Shown: positions 9,884 to 20,110, counted from the first letter of the stretch. The stretch is 64,000 bases of DNA from a virus (IMGVR_UViG_3300029543_000174:50821-114820), one strand, 5' to 3'. Notes: a model not told the origin generated them from the letters alone. Program-made: numbers and translations.

Positions 9884-9900
9884 GAAAGGAATTTTAATTT

Positions 9901-10437
9901 ATGCAAAATAAAATTACATACGAATCAATAATCAATAAAAAGGATATTGAATTTATAGTGACACAAAAGGTATTTATGGATCCGATACTTTGGATTTCAA
10001 GACTTGTATTTGCTTTAGGCGGTATAGGTTTGATGCTATTCTCATTATTTGGTTATATGAAAGATAAAGTTAATCTTCCTCTTGCTCTTGTGTTAGGTAT
10101 TATCGGTTTTTATCTTCTTATTATTGACCCATTCCTCAATCATAAAATTAAGGTTAACGCTCAGTTTAAAAATAAAATGAACAGATTTCCGCATTATATA
10201 GAGGTTGATAATGATTCAATTGATATGGTAATTAAGGACAATTCAAGAAAGCCTTTGACATATAGATATAAACTCAAAAGAATTGATGTTGCTTTTGAAA
10301 AAAATAATAATATTTATATGCACTTGGCAAACAGCAAAATGTTTTTTGTTTTTCATAATGATGAATTTATTTCAGGTAATATTGATGAGCTAAAAAAGAT
10401 TTTAAATTCTAAAAATATTAAACTTATTTCTAAATAA
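9901..10437 (+). CDS. membrane protein (2 TM)
   Basis: ORF with RBS. Hydrophobic N-terminal segments. Confidence 0.45.
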   Translation: MQNKITYESIINKKDIEFIVTQKVFMDPILWISRLVFALGGIGLMLFSLFGYMKDKVNLPLALVLGIIGFYLLIIDPFLNHKIKVNAQFKNKMNRFPHYIEVDNDSIDMVIKDNSRKPLTYRYKLKRIDVAFEKNNNIYMHLANSKMFFVFHNDEFISGNIDELKKILNSKNIKLISK

Positions 10438-10442
10438 TACTA

Positions 10443-10469
10443 AAAAGTCACCTTTTGGTGGCTTTTTTT
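10443..10469 (+). terminator. rho-independent terminator AAAAGTCACCTTTTGGTGGCTTTTTTT
   Basis: Hairpin followed by a T-run. Near-duplicate of the 6763 terminator. Confidence 0.7.
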
Positions 10470-10497
10470 ATTTTTTAAAATACAATTTTGTTAATAT

Positions 10498-10556
10498 TTT
10501 GCGAACTTTATGGAAAATTACAAATTTTTCATAAATATTTGCGATTTATATATTGG
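10498..10556 (+). promoter_or_regulatory. copy of recurrent promoter-like motif (TTGCGA-N17-AAATTTTTCATAAATATTTGCGATTTATATATTG)
   Basis: Full long-form motif. Confidence 0.5.
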
Positions 10557-10570
10557 GTGGTGAAAAAAAT

Positions 10571-10747
10571 ATGTTTTTTGAGATTATTAACAACGAAAAA
10601 AGAACAGTTTTTACAACTGATGATAAGAAGTGTATTCCGATGATTGGAATTTTAAAACTTCAAAATAAAAATGGTTATAAATTCAAATTGGATGGTAAAA
10701 ATATTTCATTAAATAACCTAATTAATTATGTAAATGAGGAGGAATAA
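10571..10747 (+). CDS. small hypothetical protein
   Basis: ATG 14 nt after the motif. The listed TTG start at 10553 is less likely. Confidence 0.3.
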   Translation: MFFEIINNEKRTVFTTDDKKCIPMIGILKLQNKNGYKFKLDGKNISLNNLINYVNEEE

Positions 10748-10749
10748 CA

Positions 10750-11070
10750 TTGGATTACAAGAGTAAATGCAATACCAAAGAAGAACTTGCAGTATTAGAG
10801 TTAATCAGAGAAGACCAATATATTACTTCTACTGAAATAAGTCTGCACACAAGGTTGGGTACGCAGCAAATAAGAGAACAGATTAATCATATGAGAACTA
10901 ACGGTATTCCTATCGTTGCTTGTAATAAAGGTTATAGACTAACTGATAGTGCTCAAGATGTATCCGACCAAATAGAATCACTGCTTGGCAGAATTAACAG
11001 CATATATAATGCAATAGACGGCTTGAAAAAAGCCAAAATCATTTTAAAGGAGAATGAAACAAATGGGTAA
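10750..11070 (+). CDS. putative winged-helix DNA-binding protein
   Basis: TTG start with a GAGGAGG RBS. The pattern ELAVLELIRE...ISLHTRLGTQQIREQINHMRTNGIPIV is wHTH-like. Confidence 0.35.
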   Translation: MDYKSKCNTKEELAVLELIREDQYITSTEISLHTRLGTQQIREQINHMRTNGIPIVACNKGYRLTDSAQDVSDQIESLLGRINSIYNAIDGLKKAKIILKENETNG

Positions 11071-11404
11071 TGAAAACGTTTTAAACGACATTTTAGACGG
11101 TAAGAAGGTAAAGGTTGACAGAAAAACCAAAAAGGCTGCAAAAAAGCTTGTAAAAAATAATTTAGGCGGTATCACTTCTCTTGTGAAGGATCTATCTAAT
11201 TCCGAATTATCGGATGCTGAAATGCAAAATAAATTTAATGACTTTATGTTTGGTATGTTGGGTTCACTAAAAAAAGACGATACCAATGGTGCTGATGAAG
11301 TATCTGAATTTATACCAGATAAAGAAAATAACAGTGATGGTTCAGAGAATGTTGAATTATCGGAAATGGTAGGTGAAGTTCTTGAAGAAGTCAGCAAGAA
11401 TTAA
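11054..11404 (+). CDS. acidic hypothetical protein
   Basis: ORF with an AAGGAG RBS. Confidence 0.4.
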   Translation: MKQMGNENVLNDILDGKKVKVDRKTKKAAKKLVKNNLGGITSLVKDLSNSELSDAEMQNKFNDFMFGMLGSLKKDDTNGADEVSEFIPDKENNSDGSENVELSEMVGEVLEEVSKN

Positions 11405-12458
11405 TTACGCCACACCAATTGTAGCACTGATATTACTTGTCGTAATAGGCTTATTTACTTATTTTGTGTCTTACAATGTAAATATACATAATTATACTTT
11501 TACCTTTGATAAAGCATCTTACGAGTACACAGGGCAACAAATAAAGCCTAAGTTTGTTGCAAAAACAAAAGCCGGTATAAAAATCAATATGGAAAATTAC
11601 ACTGTTGACTATATTGATAATACAGAAGTAGGCACAGGCACGGTAACACTTACTAATAAGAACAAACTCTTTGCTATTGGTAAAGCAAAAGGACAATTTA
11701 AAATTGTGCCTGCTGCAATTAAAAACACACGAATCACTTCATCAAAAGCATATCCAAACGGTAAATATAAATTTGATATTGAATATAACGGAATGAAACT
11801 TGAAGAAGGTAAAGATTATGCTGTGAATTTCAACAAAGATACATTAACACCGGGTGATATTAATATTTTCGAACTTAAAGGTATCGGAAAACATTATCAA
11901 TCAACTACTAAGGTAAATGTTTTAACAGCACCAAATACGATTAATAAAACAGATTTGATTGTATCTACATCATCAACAATTTCTATTCAATGGGATAAAG
12001 ATAACAATAATGTCAAGTATGATATTTTTAGATGCAATAAAAGTGGTAATGATGCTTATTTAATAAGTACGGTTGATAAAAATACGTACACATTTAAAGA
12101 ATTACCTCATTCAACATACATTTACTATTATATCAGACCGTTTATTGAATTAAACGGACAAAAACTCTATGCAGAAGGCAAAAAGGTACTTTCGCAACAT
12201 ACCACTACACCGGAGATAATTATAAAAGGCGTTAGCCGAAGTGGTAGTACAGTTTCAATATATTGGAAAGCAGAAAATTGCAAGTCATATGAAGTTCAGT
12301 ATTCAAATGATAAAAGTTTTTCAAATGCAAGAACTGTAACAACCACTAAAAACAATATTACAATGAAAAATATGTCTAATCCTTGTTATGTAAGGGTTAA
12401 ATGTGTAACAAACGATTCAAAAATTATTGGCTATTGGAGCCAAGCACAAAAAGTATAA
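11373..12458 (+). CDS. membrane-anchored surface protein with Fn3-like modules
   Basis: N-terminal TM segment. Two W/Y-containing beta-sandwich-like modules (ISIQWDKDN...YYYIRPF; VSIYWKAEN...YVRVKCVT) of the type that recurs in other surface proteins here. Confidence 0.45.
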   Translation: MKFLKKSARINYATPIVALILLVVIGLFTYFVSYNVNIHNYTFTFDKASYEYTGQQIKPKFVAKTKAGIKINMENYTVDYIDNTEVGTGTVTLTNKNKLFAIGKAKGQFKIVPAAIKNTRITSSKAYPNGKYKFDIEYNGMKLEEGKDYAVNFNKDTLTPGDINIFELKGIGKHYQSTTKVNVLTAPNTINKTDLIVSTSSTISIQWDKDNNNVKYDIFRCNKSGNDAYLISTVDKNTYTFKELPHSTYIYYYIRPFIELNGQKLYAEGKKVLSQHTTTPEIIIKGVSRSGSTVSIYWKAENCKSYEVQYSNDKSFSNARTVTTTKNNITMKNMSNPCYVRVKCVTNDSKIIGYWSQAQKV

Positions 12459-12472
12459 GGAGAATAAATATT

Positions 12473-12751
12473 ATGGAAATTCCAAACGTAAATGAAAGAA
12501 TCTTACTTTCACAAATTGAACCGGAGGCAATGACAGAATGTGCAATGTATTGCAAAGAAGGAAGAATATCCAGTTGCTTAGCACTTGAAGAACTGGTATG
12601 TAAAAAGAAATTCTGTCCTTTCTTTAAACGTAATATGAATGACAAACCAATGAGTGTTAAAGAACAGAAAAGATACTTACTTGGCAAAAAACTACAAACA
12701 CAGGCAAATGCTAATAACGCAGTTGGTAATCAATCTTCGTTGTTCAAGTAA
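12473..12751 (+). CDS. small Cys-containing hypothetical protein
   Basis: ATG with an AAGGAGAA RBS. The listed 12401 start lies inside the upstream gene. Confidence 0.4.
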   Translation: MEIPNVNERILLSQIEPEAMTECAMYCKEGRISSCLALEELVCKKKFCPFFKRNMNDKPMSVKEQKRYLLGKKLQTQANANNAVGNQSSLFK

Positions 12752-12758
12752 AAAATGT

Positions 12759-12787
12759 AAGGCAGAATTACCTACTCTGCCTTATTA
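12759..12787 (+). terminator. hairpin AAGGCAGA-ATTACCTAC-TCTGCCTT followed by ATT
   Basis: Inverted repeat after the stop codon. Confidence 0.4.
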
Positions 12788-12817
12788 CTTTAATATTATG
12801 TATGTGTGAGGAAAATT

Positions 12818-13279
12818 ATGATAGATATGTTATTTAAAGGAAAGACAACTGATACAAAAAGATGGATATATGGTTCTCTTGTTGTAGCAATCGTACATCA
12901 ATGTAAACATTATTATATTACTTCCGGCAGAACCAATATTAATGACGGTAATATTGATTTTGAAAAATTTGAGGTTATTCCTGAAACTGTAAGTCAGTTT
13001 ACCGGTAAATATATTAATAACACTCGAATCTTTGATGGAGACATTTTAGAGTGGTGTGATGATAGTTGGGGAATCACAAATACTGCTGTAACAAGGACTG
13101 TTGTATCTTGGGATGAAAATGACTGTTGTTGGGTTTTAAAACATGACGGTAAGGACGAATGCATTTGCACATTCACTGAATATGATAAATCTGAGTGGGA
13201 AAATATGAATTTAATCGGAAATATTTATGATAACCCGGAATTGTTATTGGATTATAACAAACAGGTTACTACCGTTTAA
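12818..13279 (+). CDS. YopX-family protein
   Basis: C-terminal IGNIYDNPELL hallmark and an internal IPETV...TGKYI...IFDGDIL motif. Paralog of 13507..14010. Confidence 0.65.
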   Translation: MIDMLFKGKTTDTKRWIYGSLVVAIVHQCKHYYITSGRTNINDGNIDFEKFEVIPETVSQFTGKYINNTRIFDGDILEWCDDSWGITNTAVTRTVVSWDENDCCWVLKHDGKDECICTFTEYDKSEWENMNLIGNIYDNPELLLDYNKQVTTV

Positions 13280-13291
13280 GGAGGCAATAAT

Positions 13292-13468
13292 TTGGAAAAA
13301 TGGTATTACGAAATTATAGATTCAACTAATAATGAAATAGTATTTTATGTATCTATTGATTTACCTATCAAGGAAGAAAAGGTGTGTAGTATTCTTGGTT
13401 TAGACGGTTTTCAAGCAAAAATGATATCAAAAGATGAATATGAAAAAAATACTGACGATGAAACTTAA
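13292..13468 (+). CDS. small hypothetical protein (58 aa, TTG start)
   Basis: AAGGAGG RBS 7 nt upstream of the TTG. Fills the gap between the YopX paralogs. Confidence 0.3.
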   Translation: MEKWYYEIIDSTNNEIVFYVSIDLPIKEEKVCSILGLDGFQAKMISKDEYEKNTDDET

Positions 13469-13506
13469 AAAATTGTTGATGATTTAAAAATTAAGGAGGA
13501 AACGAT

Positions 13507-14010
13507 ATGAGAGTACATTTATATAGAGGTAAACCTCTTCGTAAAAAAGACTATATACTCAATGAAAATATGCAATATAGTGTTGGATACTTTAAAGACG
13601 GATTTGCCTATGGTGCTTTGATTGTAAAACATGATAAATACTTTATCTGTGTAGGCGTTGCAGGTGTTATGATTAATAGTTCAATCAACAATGCAACGGC
13701 AACTCTGATTGAAGTAATACCTGAAACAGTCGGTGAATATACAAATTTAACCGATAAGAACGGCAAAAAGATATTTGAGGGTGATATATTAAAGCCAGAT
13801 TATGATAACAGCTCTTATTATAGAGTTGCTTGGGATAGTGGCAAATTACACTTAAACATAGAAGAATATTGTTTTAACGATTTTGAGGGGAAAGCTTTGT
13901 GGTCGTGGTGCGAAAATATAGCACAATATCAAATTAACGGTTGTGTAGACAATTGTGAAATTATCGGCAACATATACGATAACCCCGAATTGTTGGAGGT
14001 AGACGAATGA
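13507..14010 (+). CDS. YopX-family protein (paralog)
   Basis: IPETVGEYTNLTDKNGKKIFEGDIL and C-terminal IGNIYDNPELL. Confidence 0.65.
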   Translation: MRVHLYRGKPLRKKDYILNENMQYSVGYFKDGFAYGALIVKHDKYFICVGVAGVMINSSINNATATLIEVIPETVGEYTNLTDKNGKKIFEGDILKPDYDNSSYYRVAWDSGKLHLNIEEYCFNDFEGKALWSWCENIAQYQINGCVDNCEIIGNIYDNPELLEVDE

Positions 14011-14354
14011 AAGCGTGGGAAGTAAAAAATAAATATGAAGGCTTTAATACTGAAATCGTTTTTGCAACAACAGCAGGTAAAGCTAAAACACTTGCTTTAA
14101 GTATAAGTGAAGATAATTTTGATGATAGTAACTTCTGTGACCTTGAAGCTCACAGAGCACCGGCACTTGACAAATATTATAGGCAGGGCAAAACACACAT
14201 GGATTGGTGTGAACCAAATGACAGGCTTGTGCTTGTTAAGGAATATGATTACTACTGTAGTGATGATTGTTTTAGCGTAAAAGAATGCTACAAGTGTATG
14301 GCAAACAAATATTGTCAAAGATACAAAGATTATGTAGAAAGGAATAAGGAATAA
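14007..14354 (+). CDS. Cys-rich hypothetical protein
   Basis: ATGA-coupled start. Multiple Cys residues. Confidence 0.45.
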   Translation: MKAWEVKNKYEGFNTEIVFATTAGKAKTLALSISEDNFDDSNFCDLEAHRAPALDKYYRQGKTHMDWCEPNDRLVLVKEYDYYCSDDCFSVKECYKCMANKYCQRYKDYVERNKE

Positions 14355-14355
14355 T

Positions 14356-15156
14356 ATGGATATAAAAAGAGCTGAGAAATGCTTTGAAAACCATAAGGCA
14401 ACATTAACTGATTACGGAAATATTAAAATTTTGGATTTTAAAAACCCACAATCTTCTGAATACAGAATAAGATTTCTTTTTGAAGAAGATTATTGCAGAC
14501 TACATATATCAGGCGATTTAGGTGAACTGATTGCTACTAATTATTACAATATGACTTACGAAAAATTTAATGATATGGTAAGAGATGTAGGCTACTTTGA
14601 AGGAAAGATAAATTGCCACAGCAGACCTCTTTACATTTTTGATGAAGATGCCGTAAAAGAAGATGTCCTTGAACTTATAAAAGAAAAGTATGGAATTGAA
14701 GAATTAATAGAAGATTATAGGGATTGGGATTATGATTTTTATTCTAATGAGGAAGTTTTGAAAGAATTTTATGATGATATTCTGTCTGATTTTTCTGATG
14801 TAACCGGTATAAGTTCTGAGGCTCGTAAAATCTTAGCTAAATACATTGGTGAATATGACGCATACTCGGAGGATATTGGCAAAAGAAAAACAGACATACT
14901 TGATTGGTATATGTTTGCTTTTCAATTGGCACAAAAACAATTAAATGATGACAATGCAGAAATTAAAACATATCCACCAGTTGATACAGAAAAACATGCT
15001 TATTGGATTGATGTTACCACAGAAGATGATGACGAACCACTTTTCAAATGTTCTAATTGCGGTAACAAGGGCGGACAATGGAATTATAACTGTGATTATT
15101 GCCCTGACTGTGGTTACAAAATGGAAAAAGTAAAGGAGAATAACAATATTGAGTAA
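14356..15156 (+). CDS. hypothetical protein with C-terminal zinc ribbon (CSNCG...CPDCG)
   Basis: ORF with RBS. Confidence 0.45.
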   Translation: MDIKRAEKCFENHKATLTDYGNIKILDFKNPQSSEYRIRFLFEEDYCRLHISGDLGELIATNYYNMTYEKFNDMVRDVGYFEGKINCHSRPLYIFDEDAVKEDVLELIKEKYGIEELIEDYRDWDYDFYSNEEVLKEFYDDILSDFSDVTGISSEARKILAKYIGEYDAYSEDIGKRKTDILDWYMFAFQLAQKQLNDDNAEIKTYPPVDTEKHAYWIDVTTEDDDEPLFKCSNCGNKGGQWNYNCDYCPDCGYKMEKVKENNNIE

Positions 15157-16162
15157 AGATTATTATATTTGCAAAGCATTAGAAAGGCATAACAGATTTG
15201 CAACTGAAATTGTTAATAATCCTCAAAATATTATTGGCTGTTTTCTTATCGGTAGTCAAAACTACCATTTAAGTGATGAAGAGTCAGATGTCGATACGGT
15301 TGTTTTAGTTGCGCCAACACTCAAAGAAATTGTTACTAACAAAAAGCCGATAAGCAAGACATATATTCAACCTAACGGCGAACACACCACAATTAAGGAT
15401 ATTCGTCTTTTTGTTGAAGGCATTAAGAAAGGTAGATTGGAATGCCTTGAAATTTTAAATACTGTTCATTTTATAATCAATGATAATTGGCGTAATCATT
15501 TTGCTTTTAATTATTTTTTCTTTTATTTTATTAAACAAAACAGAGAAAAAATTGCTCGTCTTAATGAGAGGGCAGTAATTCAAGCTGCAACCGGAATGAT
15601 TAAAAGTTGTAATCGTAAAAATGCAAAACCTAAAGATCTTTACCATTCTATGAGATTAAAAAGTTTCTTGCAAAAATATATGAATAAAGAACCTTATGAG
15701 GTATGCCTTGTTGGTGAATCTGATATGATTGCTTGTAAAAGAAAATCTAAATTAACAAATGATGATTTAGTGATTCTTGAAAACAATGCAAAAATGGCTC
15801 AGGAAATATTAAACAATTTAGACGATTGTGAATATTCCTTAACAGATAAAGAAAAAAGTGAAATAAAAAAAGAACTTGATGCTTTTGCAATGAATTTTGT
15901 TGAATTTGGCTTAATGGGTGAAAACAGAAAAAAATTTAACATGCCTAAAAAACCTATTACAAAAAATGTTGTTTGTGGTGACGTGAATTACAAAAGATTC
16001 TATTGCCCTCATTGTAAGAAACTTATAGTAACAAAGGTTAATGATGATTTTAATGAAAATTTTATCGGAGAAAATGGTTTTGTTATAGAAGAACTACAAT
16101 GTTATTGTGACAACTGTGGTCAGCATTTAGATTGGAATGGTGAAAGGCAAAGTGAAAGGTAA
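15149..16162 (+). CDS. Pol-beta-superfamily nucleotidyltransferase with C-terminal zinc ribbons
   Basis: GSQNYHLSDEESDVD matches the minimal NTase motif hG[GS]x9-13Dh[DE]h. C-terminal CPHC...CDNCG. TTG start with an AAGGAG RBS. Confidence 0.5.
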   Translation: MSKDYYICKALERHNRFATEIVNNPQNIIGCFLIGSQNYHLSDEESDVDTVVLVAPTLKEIVTNKKPISKTYIQPNGEHTTIKDIRLFVEGIKKGRLECLEILNTVHFIINDNWRNHFAFNYFFFYFIKQNREKIARLNERAVIQAATGMIKSCNRKNAKPKDLYHSMRLKSFLQKYMNKEPYEVCLVGESDMIACKRKSKLTNDDLVILENNAKMAQEILNNLDDCEYSLTDKEKSEIKKELDAFAMNFVEFGLMGENRKKFNMPKKPITKNVVCGDVNYKRFYCPHCKKLIVTKVNDDFNENFIGENGFVIEELQCYCDNCGQHLDWNGERQSER

Positions 16163-16411
16163 TATGATTGCTGCACTGTTCCTGATTTTTAATATTTCAT
16201 CTATTCTCACATTTATATATTATTGCAAATTACCACAGCCTAAAATGTCTGACAATGAGCACAATTTTAACAAGTGCGATTTCAAAGTGATTAATATTAT
16301 AAAAAATCAGCAAGTTACCGGCAAGTAAAATAACAAATAATAAAGCCAAATAGTTGAAAATATATGCTTTTTAGCAAGTTACAAGCAAGTTAAACTGAAA
16401 GGAAAAATAAA

Positions 16412-16987
16412 ATGTTATATGTTCTAATATTGTTAATTATCAATGCATTATTAACGGCTTTTATGTACTTTTTAACCGAAATTCCAATCGTAACAATTAT
16501 GTATATAGTTTTTCTGTTTGTATATGAAGGATTGATATATTTTGCATACAGAGTTGTGAACGGTAACTGTGATGAAAAGTCTATGTGGATTGAAAAATGT
16601 GAACCAAAATGGTTTGAAGTGAAAAATGAAGTTATATACGATCCTATTGATACTAACATTAATGATATTTACAATCTGAAATTGTATGCTAATTATTATC
16701 ATAGAAAACGAAACGGTAAACTGATTCAGAAACATATTAATTTATATAATGAGTCAAAAAATACTTTGGACTTTTCCGAAAAGTACAGTGAACCACACAA
16801 AATCACTTATGTGTGTAGCAATACAAAATTAGCCGTTAAACCTAATTTTTGGACCACATTGCCACACTTATATTTCAAATATCGTGGCACCAAAGTAGGC
16901 TCTTATGTCAATTTCAGTGATGAATACATCAATATTGTGTTACCTATGGAATACAGAAAAAACATTTATAAAACTGAAAGGAATTAA
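16412..16987 (+). CDS. membrane protein
   Basis: Two N-terminal TM segments. RBS GAAAGGAAAA. Confidence 0.45.
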   Translation: MLYVLILLIINALLTAFMYFLTEIPIVTIMYIVFLFVYEGLIYFAYRVVNGNCDEKSMWIEKCEPKWFEVKNEVIYDPIDTNINDIYNLKLYANYYHRKRNGKLIQKHINLYNESKNTLDFSEKYSEPHKITYVCSNTKLAVKPNFWTTLPHLYFKYRGTKVGSYVNFSDEYINIVLPMEYRKNIYKTERN

Positions 16988-16992
16988 AAATT

Positions 16993-17556
16993 ATGGATAA
17001 TAAAAATACAGTACAAATTAATTGGAAAACAATGTTTATTATTTTAGGTATTATAGTAGCTATTGTAGTAGCATTCTTCTTAACAAAACTTTCAATTAAT
17101 ACGACAGCGATAAACAAGGAAGAACAAATCTTTGAATCAGCATCGTCAATTAATGTTCAAATGGATACTCGAAACAGAAAAATCAAACAGGTTGCTCAGG
17201 TTGTTGAAAAATATTCTGATTATGAAAAAGGCATTATGACAGATTTCGCAGAAGCAAGGAAAGAAATCTCCTCCGGCACTGATAAAGCATCTACGATTCT
17301 TAATGCTATTTCAGAACAGTATCCTACACTCAAAGCTGACAAGCAATATGAAAAGCTGAGTAATGAAATTATTTCCTGTGAAAACAAAATATCTGATTAC
17401 AGAGAAGATTATAACCAACAAGTGAAAAGTTATCGAAAATATTGTAGAAATCCGGTAAATAAGTTTTTCCTTGGAAATTATAAAATGATTAATGATTCGG
17501 AATATTTGCAGTTTGATGAAAGTGTATCGGAAGTAGGGGATGTTTTTGAAAAATAA
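16993..17556 (+). CDS. LemA-family protein
   Basis: N-terminal TM, 187 aa. Has ...RNRKIKQVAQVVEKY...ARKEISS...YPTLKADKQYEKLSNEI...ENKISDYREDYN, which is LemA-like. Confidence 0.55.
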   Translation: MDNKNTVQINWKTMFIILGIIVAIVVAFFLTKLSINTTAINKEEQIFESASSINVQMDTRNRKIKQVAQVVEKYSDYEKGIMTDFAEARKEISSGTDKASTILNAISEQYPTLKADKQYEKLSNEIISCENKISDYREDYNQQVKSYRKYCRNPVNKFFLGNYKMINDSEYLQFDESVSEVGDVFEK

Positions 17557-18412
17557 AAACGATAATGTACTGATTGATTGTGATACCTTTACGGTAACAA
17601 AGCGTGAAGCTCTTGTTTCGATAATAATTGTTGTTTTACTAATTGGAATAGGCATATATACAACTTCTTCTATTATCAACAAAGTAGACGAGCATAATTC
17701 CAAGGTTAATCGTATTCAGTGTTGTGATACTCAAGATATGTTCGACCATTTGGTTGATACCAATGCAGGAAAAGTAATTGCAAAGGCAAATGTAGTATGT
17801 ACTAAACCCGTAGCTATGAACGATATAATATCAGGCGAATACTCTTATATTTATTATCAAAGAGAAAAATATGAAATGAAAACAAGAGTGGTTACAGATA
17901 CATATACCGATGCTGACGGCAATACTCATACAAGTTCACATACAGAAACATATTACGAATGGGATACGAAGGATTGGGAATCAAAGTCAAGTGATGAAAT
18001 TACAATTAATAATCATAAGTACAAACCGGAAAATGTATCAAAATATTTCCCATATAAGTATTTAAGTGCTAAAGACTATAAAGGTAAATATTCTTATGAA
18101 AGTGGGAATTATATTTACTTGTCATCACACGAAAGAATATCATTTAAGGTCTATGAATTGACTTCTGCCGGCGTAGTGTATTGTAAACTTGACAATAACA
18201 AAATTGATTATGTTCGTAAATATTACCTTAACAAGACAAGTCCAAAAGAAGTCAAAAAATCAATGTTGAAAAACGCCAATTCTGTTTTAGCTGTATTTTG
18301 GATAATTGATGCTTTGCTTATATTGGGCGTTGTATTTGTATTCGTTTATTTTGACAACGATTGGCTTTATGGTAAAAAGGAGGAGAAAAGTTTTGATGAG
18401 TACGATTGGTAA
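17540..18412 (+). CDS. membrane protein
   Basis: N-terminal and C-terminal TM segments. Confidence 0.45.
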   Translation: MFLKNKNDNVLIDCDTFTVTKREALVSIIIVVLLIGIGIYTTSSIINKVDEHNSKVNRIQCCDTQDMFDHLVDTNAGKVIAKANVVCTKPVAMNDIISGEYSYIYYQREKYEMKTRVVTDTYTDADGNTHTSSHTETYYEWDTKDWESKSSDEITINNHKYKPENVSKYFPYKYLSAKDYKGKYSYESGNYIYLSSHERISFKVYELTSAGVVYCKLDNNKIDYVRKYYLNKTSPKEVKKSMLKNANSVLAVFWIIDALLILGVVFVFVYFDNDWLYGKKEEKSFDEYDW

Positions 18413-18794
18413 AATATTATTTGTGGCAATTATAGTTTTGTTAATTGTAATTGGTATAATTGTTTTTAAATGTGTAAAAAAATCAAACGATTATTTTAAA
18501 AAAAACGGACAAACCGGAACCGCCGTGATTGTTGGATATGATAGTGAATCTACAAGCACAAATGTAAGACTTTCTGTTAAGGTTCTTAACTCTGATGATG
18601 AACATTCATACAATTTAAAAGGCATATATAATGTAAAGAAAATTGACGGCTCGTTAGATGAAAGATATCCGCATTTTTCTATTGGAGATGAAGTTAAAGT
18701 TATTTATGCAAAAAAGAAAACTTTAGGCATCGAAATGCTTGATGTCAGAATTGATCAAAGTCAATATGATTATCCTAAAAAACAGGAGAAATAA
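18396..18794 (+). CDS. membrane protein (DUF3592-like: N-terminal TM plus beta-rich domain)
   Basis: Start moved to the ATG with an AAGGAGGAG RBS. Confidence 0.4.
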   Translation: MSTIGKILFVAIIVLLIVIGIIVFKCVKKSNDYFKKNGQTGTAVIVGYDSESTSTNVRLSVKVLNSDDEHSYNLKGIYNVKKIDGSLDERYPHFSIGDEVKVIYAKKKTLGIEMLDVRIDQSQYDYPKKQEK

Positions 18795-18818
18795 TTAATG
18801 GGTAAAGAATGTCAACTG

Positions 18819-18849
18819 CCACACACCGTAAAGGAATGTGGTTTTACGG
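18819..18849 (+). repeat. conserved box CCACACACCGTAAAGGAATGTGGTTTTACGG (copy 1 of 3)
   Basis: Contains a CCGTAAA/TTTACGG inverted repeat. Exact copy at 21758 and near-exact copy at 37493. Confidence 0.6.
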
Positions 18850-18917
18850 AAAGTTGTTTATATGATTTTCACAATTATATGGTGAAAGATTAATTTCTGT
18901 AACTCTTTTTTAATAAA

Positions 18918-18976
18918 TTGCGAATTTTAAGCAATATTTCAAATTTTTTCAAAATATTTGCGATTAATTATATAGA
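18918..18976 (+). promoter_or_regulatory. copy of recurrent promoter-like motif
   Basis: TTGCGA-N17-AAATTTTTTCAAAATATTTGCGATTAATTATATAG. Confidence 0.5.
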
Positions 18977-19003
18977 AACAAAAAACAAAAGGAGATTTTT
19001 ATT

Positions 19004-19264
19004 ATGACATACGAAGAAGTTTTAGAAAAAGATTTAGAACATTGTACAGGCTGTGAGAATTTTTATAAAGATGATTGTACAAAAACTTGTGCATATGGTA
19101 TTCACAGAAATTCTGTACAAAAACAGATACCGGTACAAGCAACGGTATATAACTTTCCAAAGGCTCAAATTGCATTTTGTCCTGAATGTAATAACTTACT
19201 TGGAAAAGATTCAAAATACTGTGATAAATGCGGTCAGAGGGTGAGAATTAATGCAGATGCTTGA
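19004..19264 (+). CDS. small zinc-ribbon protein
   Basis: CTGC...C..C...CPEC...CDKCG. RBS AAAGGAG. Confidence 0.45.
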   Translation: MTYEEVLEKDLEHCTGCENFYKDDCTKTCAYGIHRNSVQKQIPVQATVYNFPKAQIAFCPECNNLLGKDSKYCDKCGQRVRINADA

Positions 19265-19634
19265 TTCGATAAGGAAGACAATGCTTGTCTTTCCAAAAAG
19301 TTATATTAATTACAATAATGAGCTGATTTTAATTCCAAAATTCAATGTTTATATCTGTTTGGATAATATCATTTCTGACGAAGATTTCTATGTTGAACTT
19401 TGTGAAAACTTTAGTAGGGAATGTTCATCAGCGTTAAGGAGTTCATCAAAACCAACACTTTACAGATATTACAATAATAATACAAGAAATTTTAACAAAA
19501 TTTGCAACACTTCATTTTCAACAAAAGATATGGATACGATTTATGCAAAGTTAGGCAATGGTATTAATCATCAAATGGCTGTAGATTTTGTTAAATCAGG
19601 TTTTGATTTAAGCGTTTTAGGAGAAAATCAATGA
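19251..19634 (+). CDS. hypothetical protein
   Basis: Start overlaps the upstream gene (translational coupling). Confidence 0.4.
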   Translation: MQMLDSIRKTMLVFPKSYINYNNELILIPKFNVYICLDNIISDEDFYVELCENFSRECSSALRSSSKPTLYRYYNNNTRNFNKICNTSFSTKDMDTIYAKLGNGINHQMAVDFVKSGFDLSVLGENQ

Positions 19635-20110
19635 TTAAAGAAGATATGGCAAAACTATGTCCGTTCTATTCTTGTGTTGATAATGGTAATGTTAATTGTT
19701 TTGACCATCCGGTTTACATACAAACTTGTACTAAAACTAATCAAAAAACTTCACTCATTAATTGTAGCCGTTGTAAATGTGGTAATATTTACAGACAATT
19801 AATCGAAAAAGAATTCAAAAAGATACAAAATTTATCTGTCGAGACTTTTGCAGATTGGCTATGCAACAATTTGTTACAATGCAAGAACTGTGGACTCAAA
19901 TACCATAATTGTAAAAAACAATTAGCTTTTAATCTTAGCCAACCTTTGTCTGGTGGCTATGGTAATAAGCATTACAACGAGTTATCAACAGAGTTATTCT
20001 ATGAATTTTTAGAAACACAGTGGCTTTTTAATGACAGCAATAATATTAACAAAAATTTCAGTAAAAAGTTAATTACGATAATCGAAAAGGAGAAAAATAA
20101 TGAAAGTTAA
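19631..20110 (+). CDS. Cys-rich hypothetical protein
   Basis: GGAGAA RBS. Many Cys residues. Confidence 0.4.
   Translation: MIKEDMAKLCPFYSCVDNGNVNCFDHPVYIQTCTKTNQKTSLINCSRCKCGNIYRQLIEKEFKKIQNLSVETFADWLCNNLLQCKNCGLKYHNCKKQLAFNLSQPLSGGYGNKHYNELSTELFYEFLETQWLFNDSNNINKNFSKKLITIIEKEKNNES

Noticed and set aside
18807-18902. 31-codon ORF (MGKECQLPHTVKECGFTE...) spanning hairpin box copy 1.
   Set aside because: The frame is destroyed in box copies 2 and 3 by a 1-nt indel and by the absence of a start codon. The conservation is therefore at the nucleotide level.
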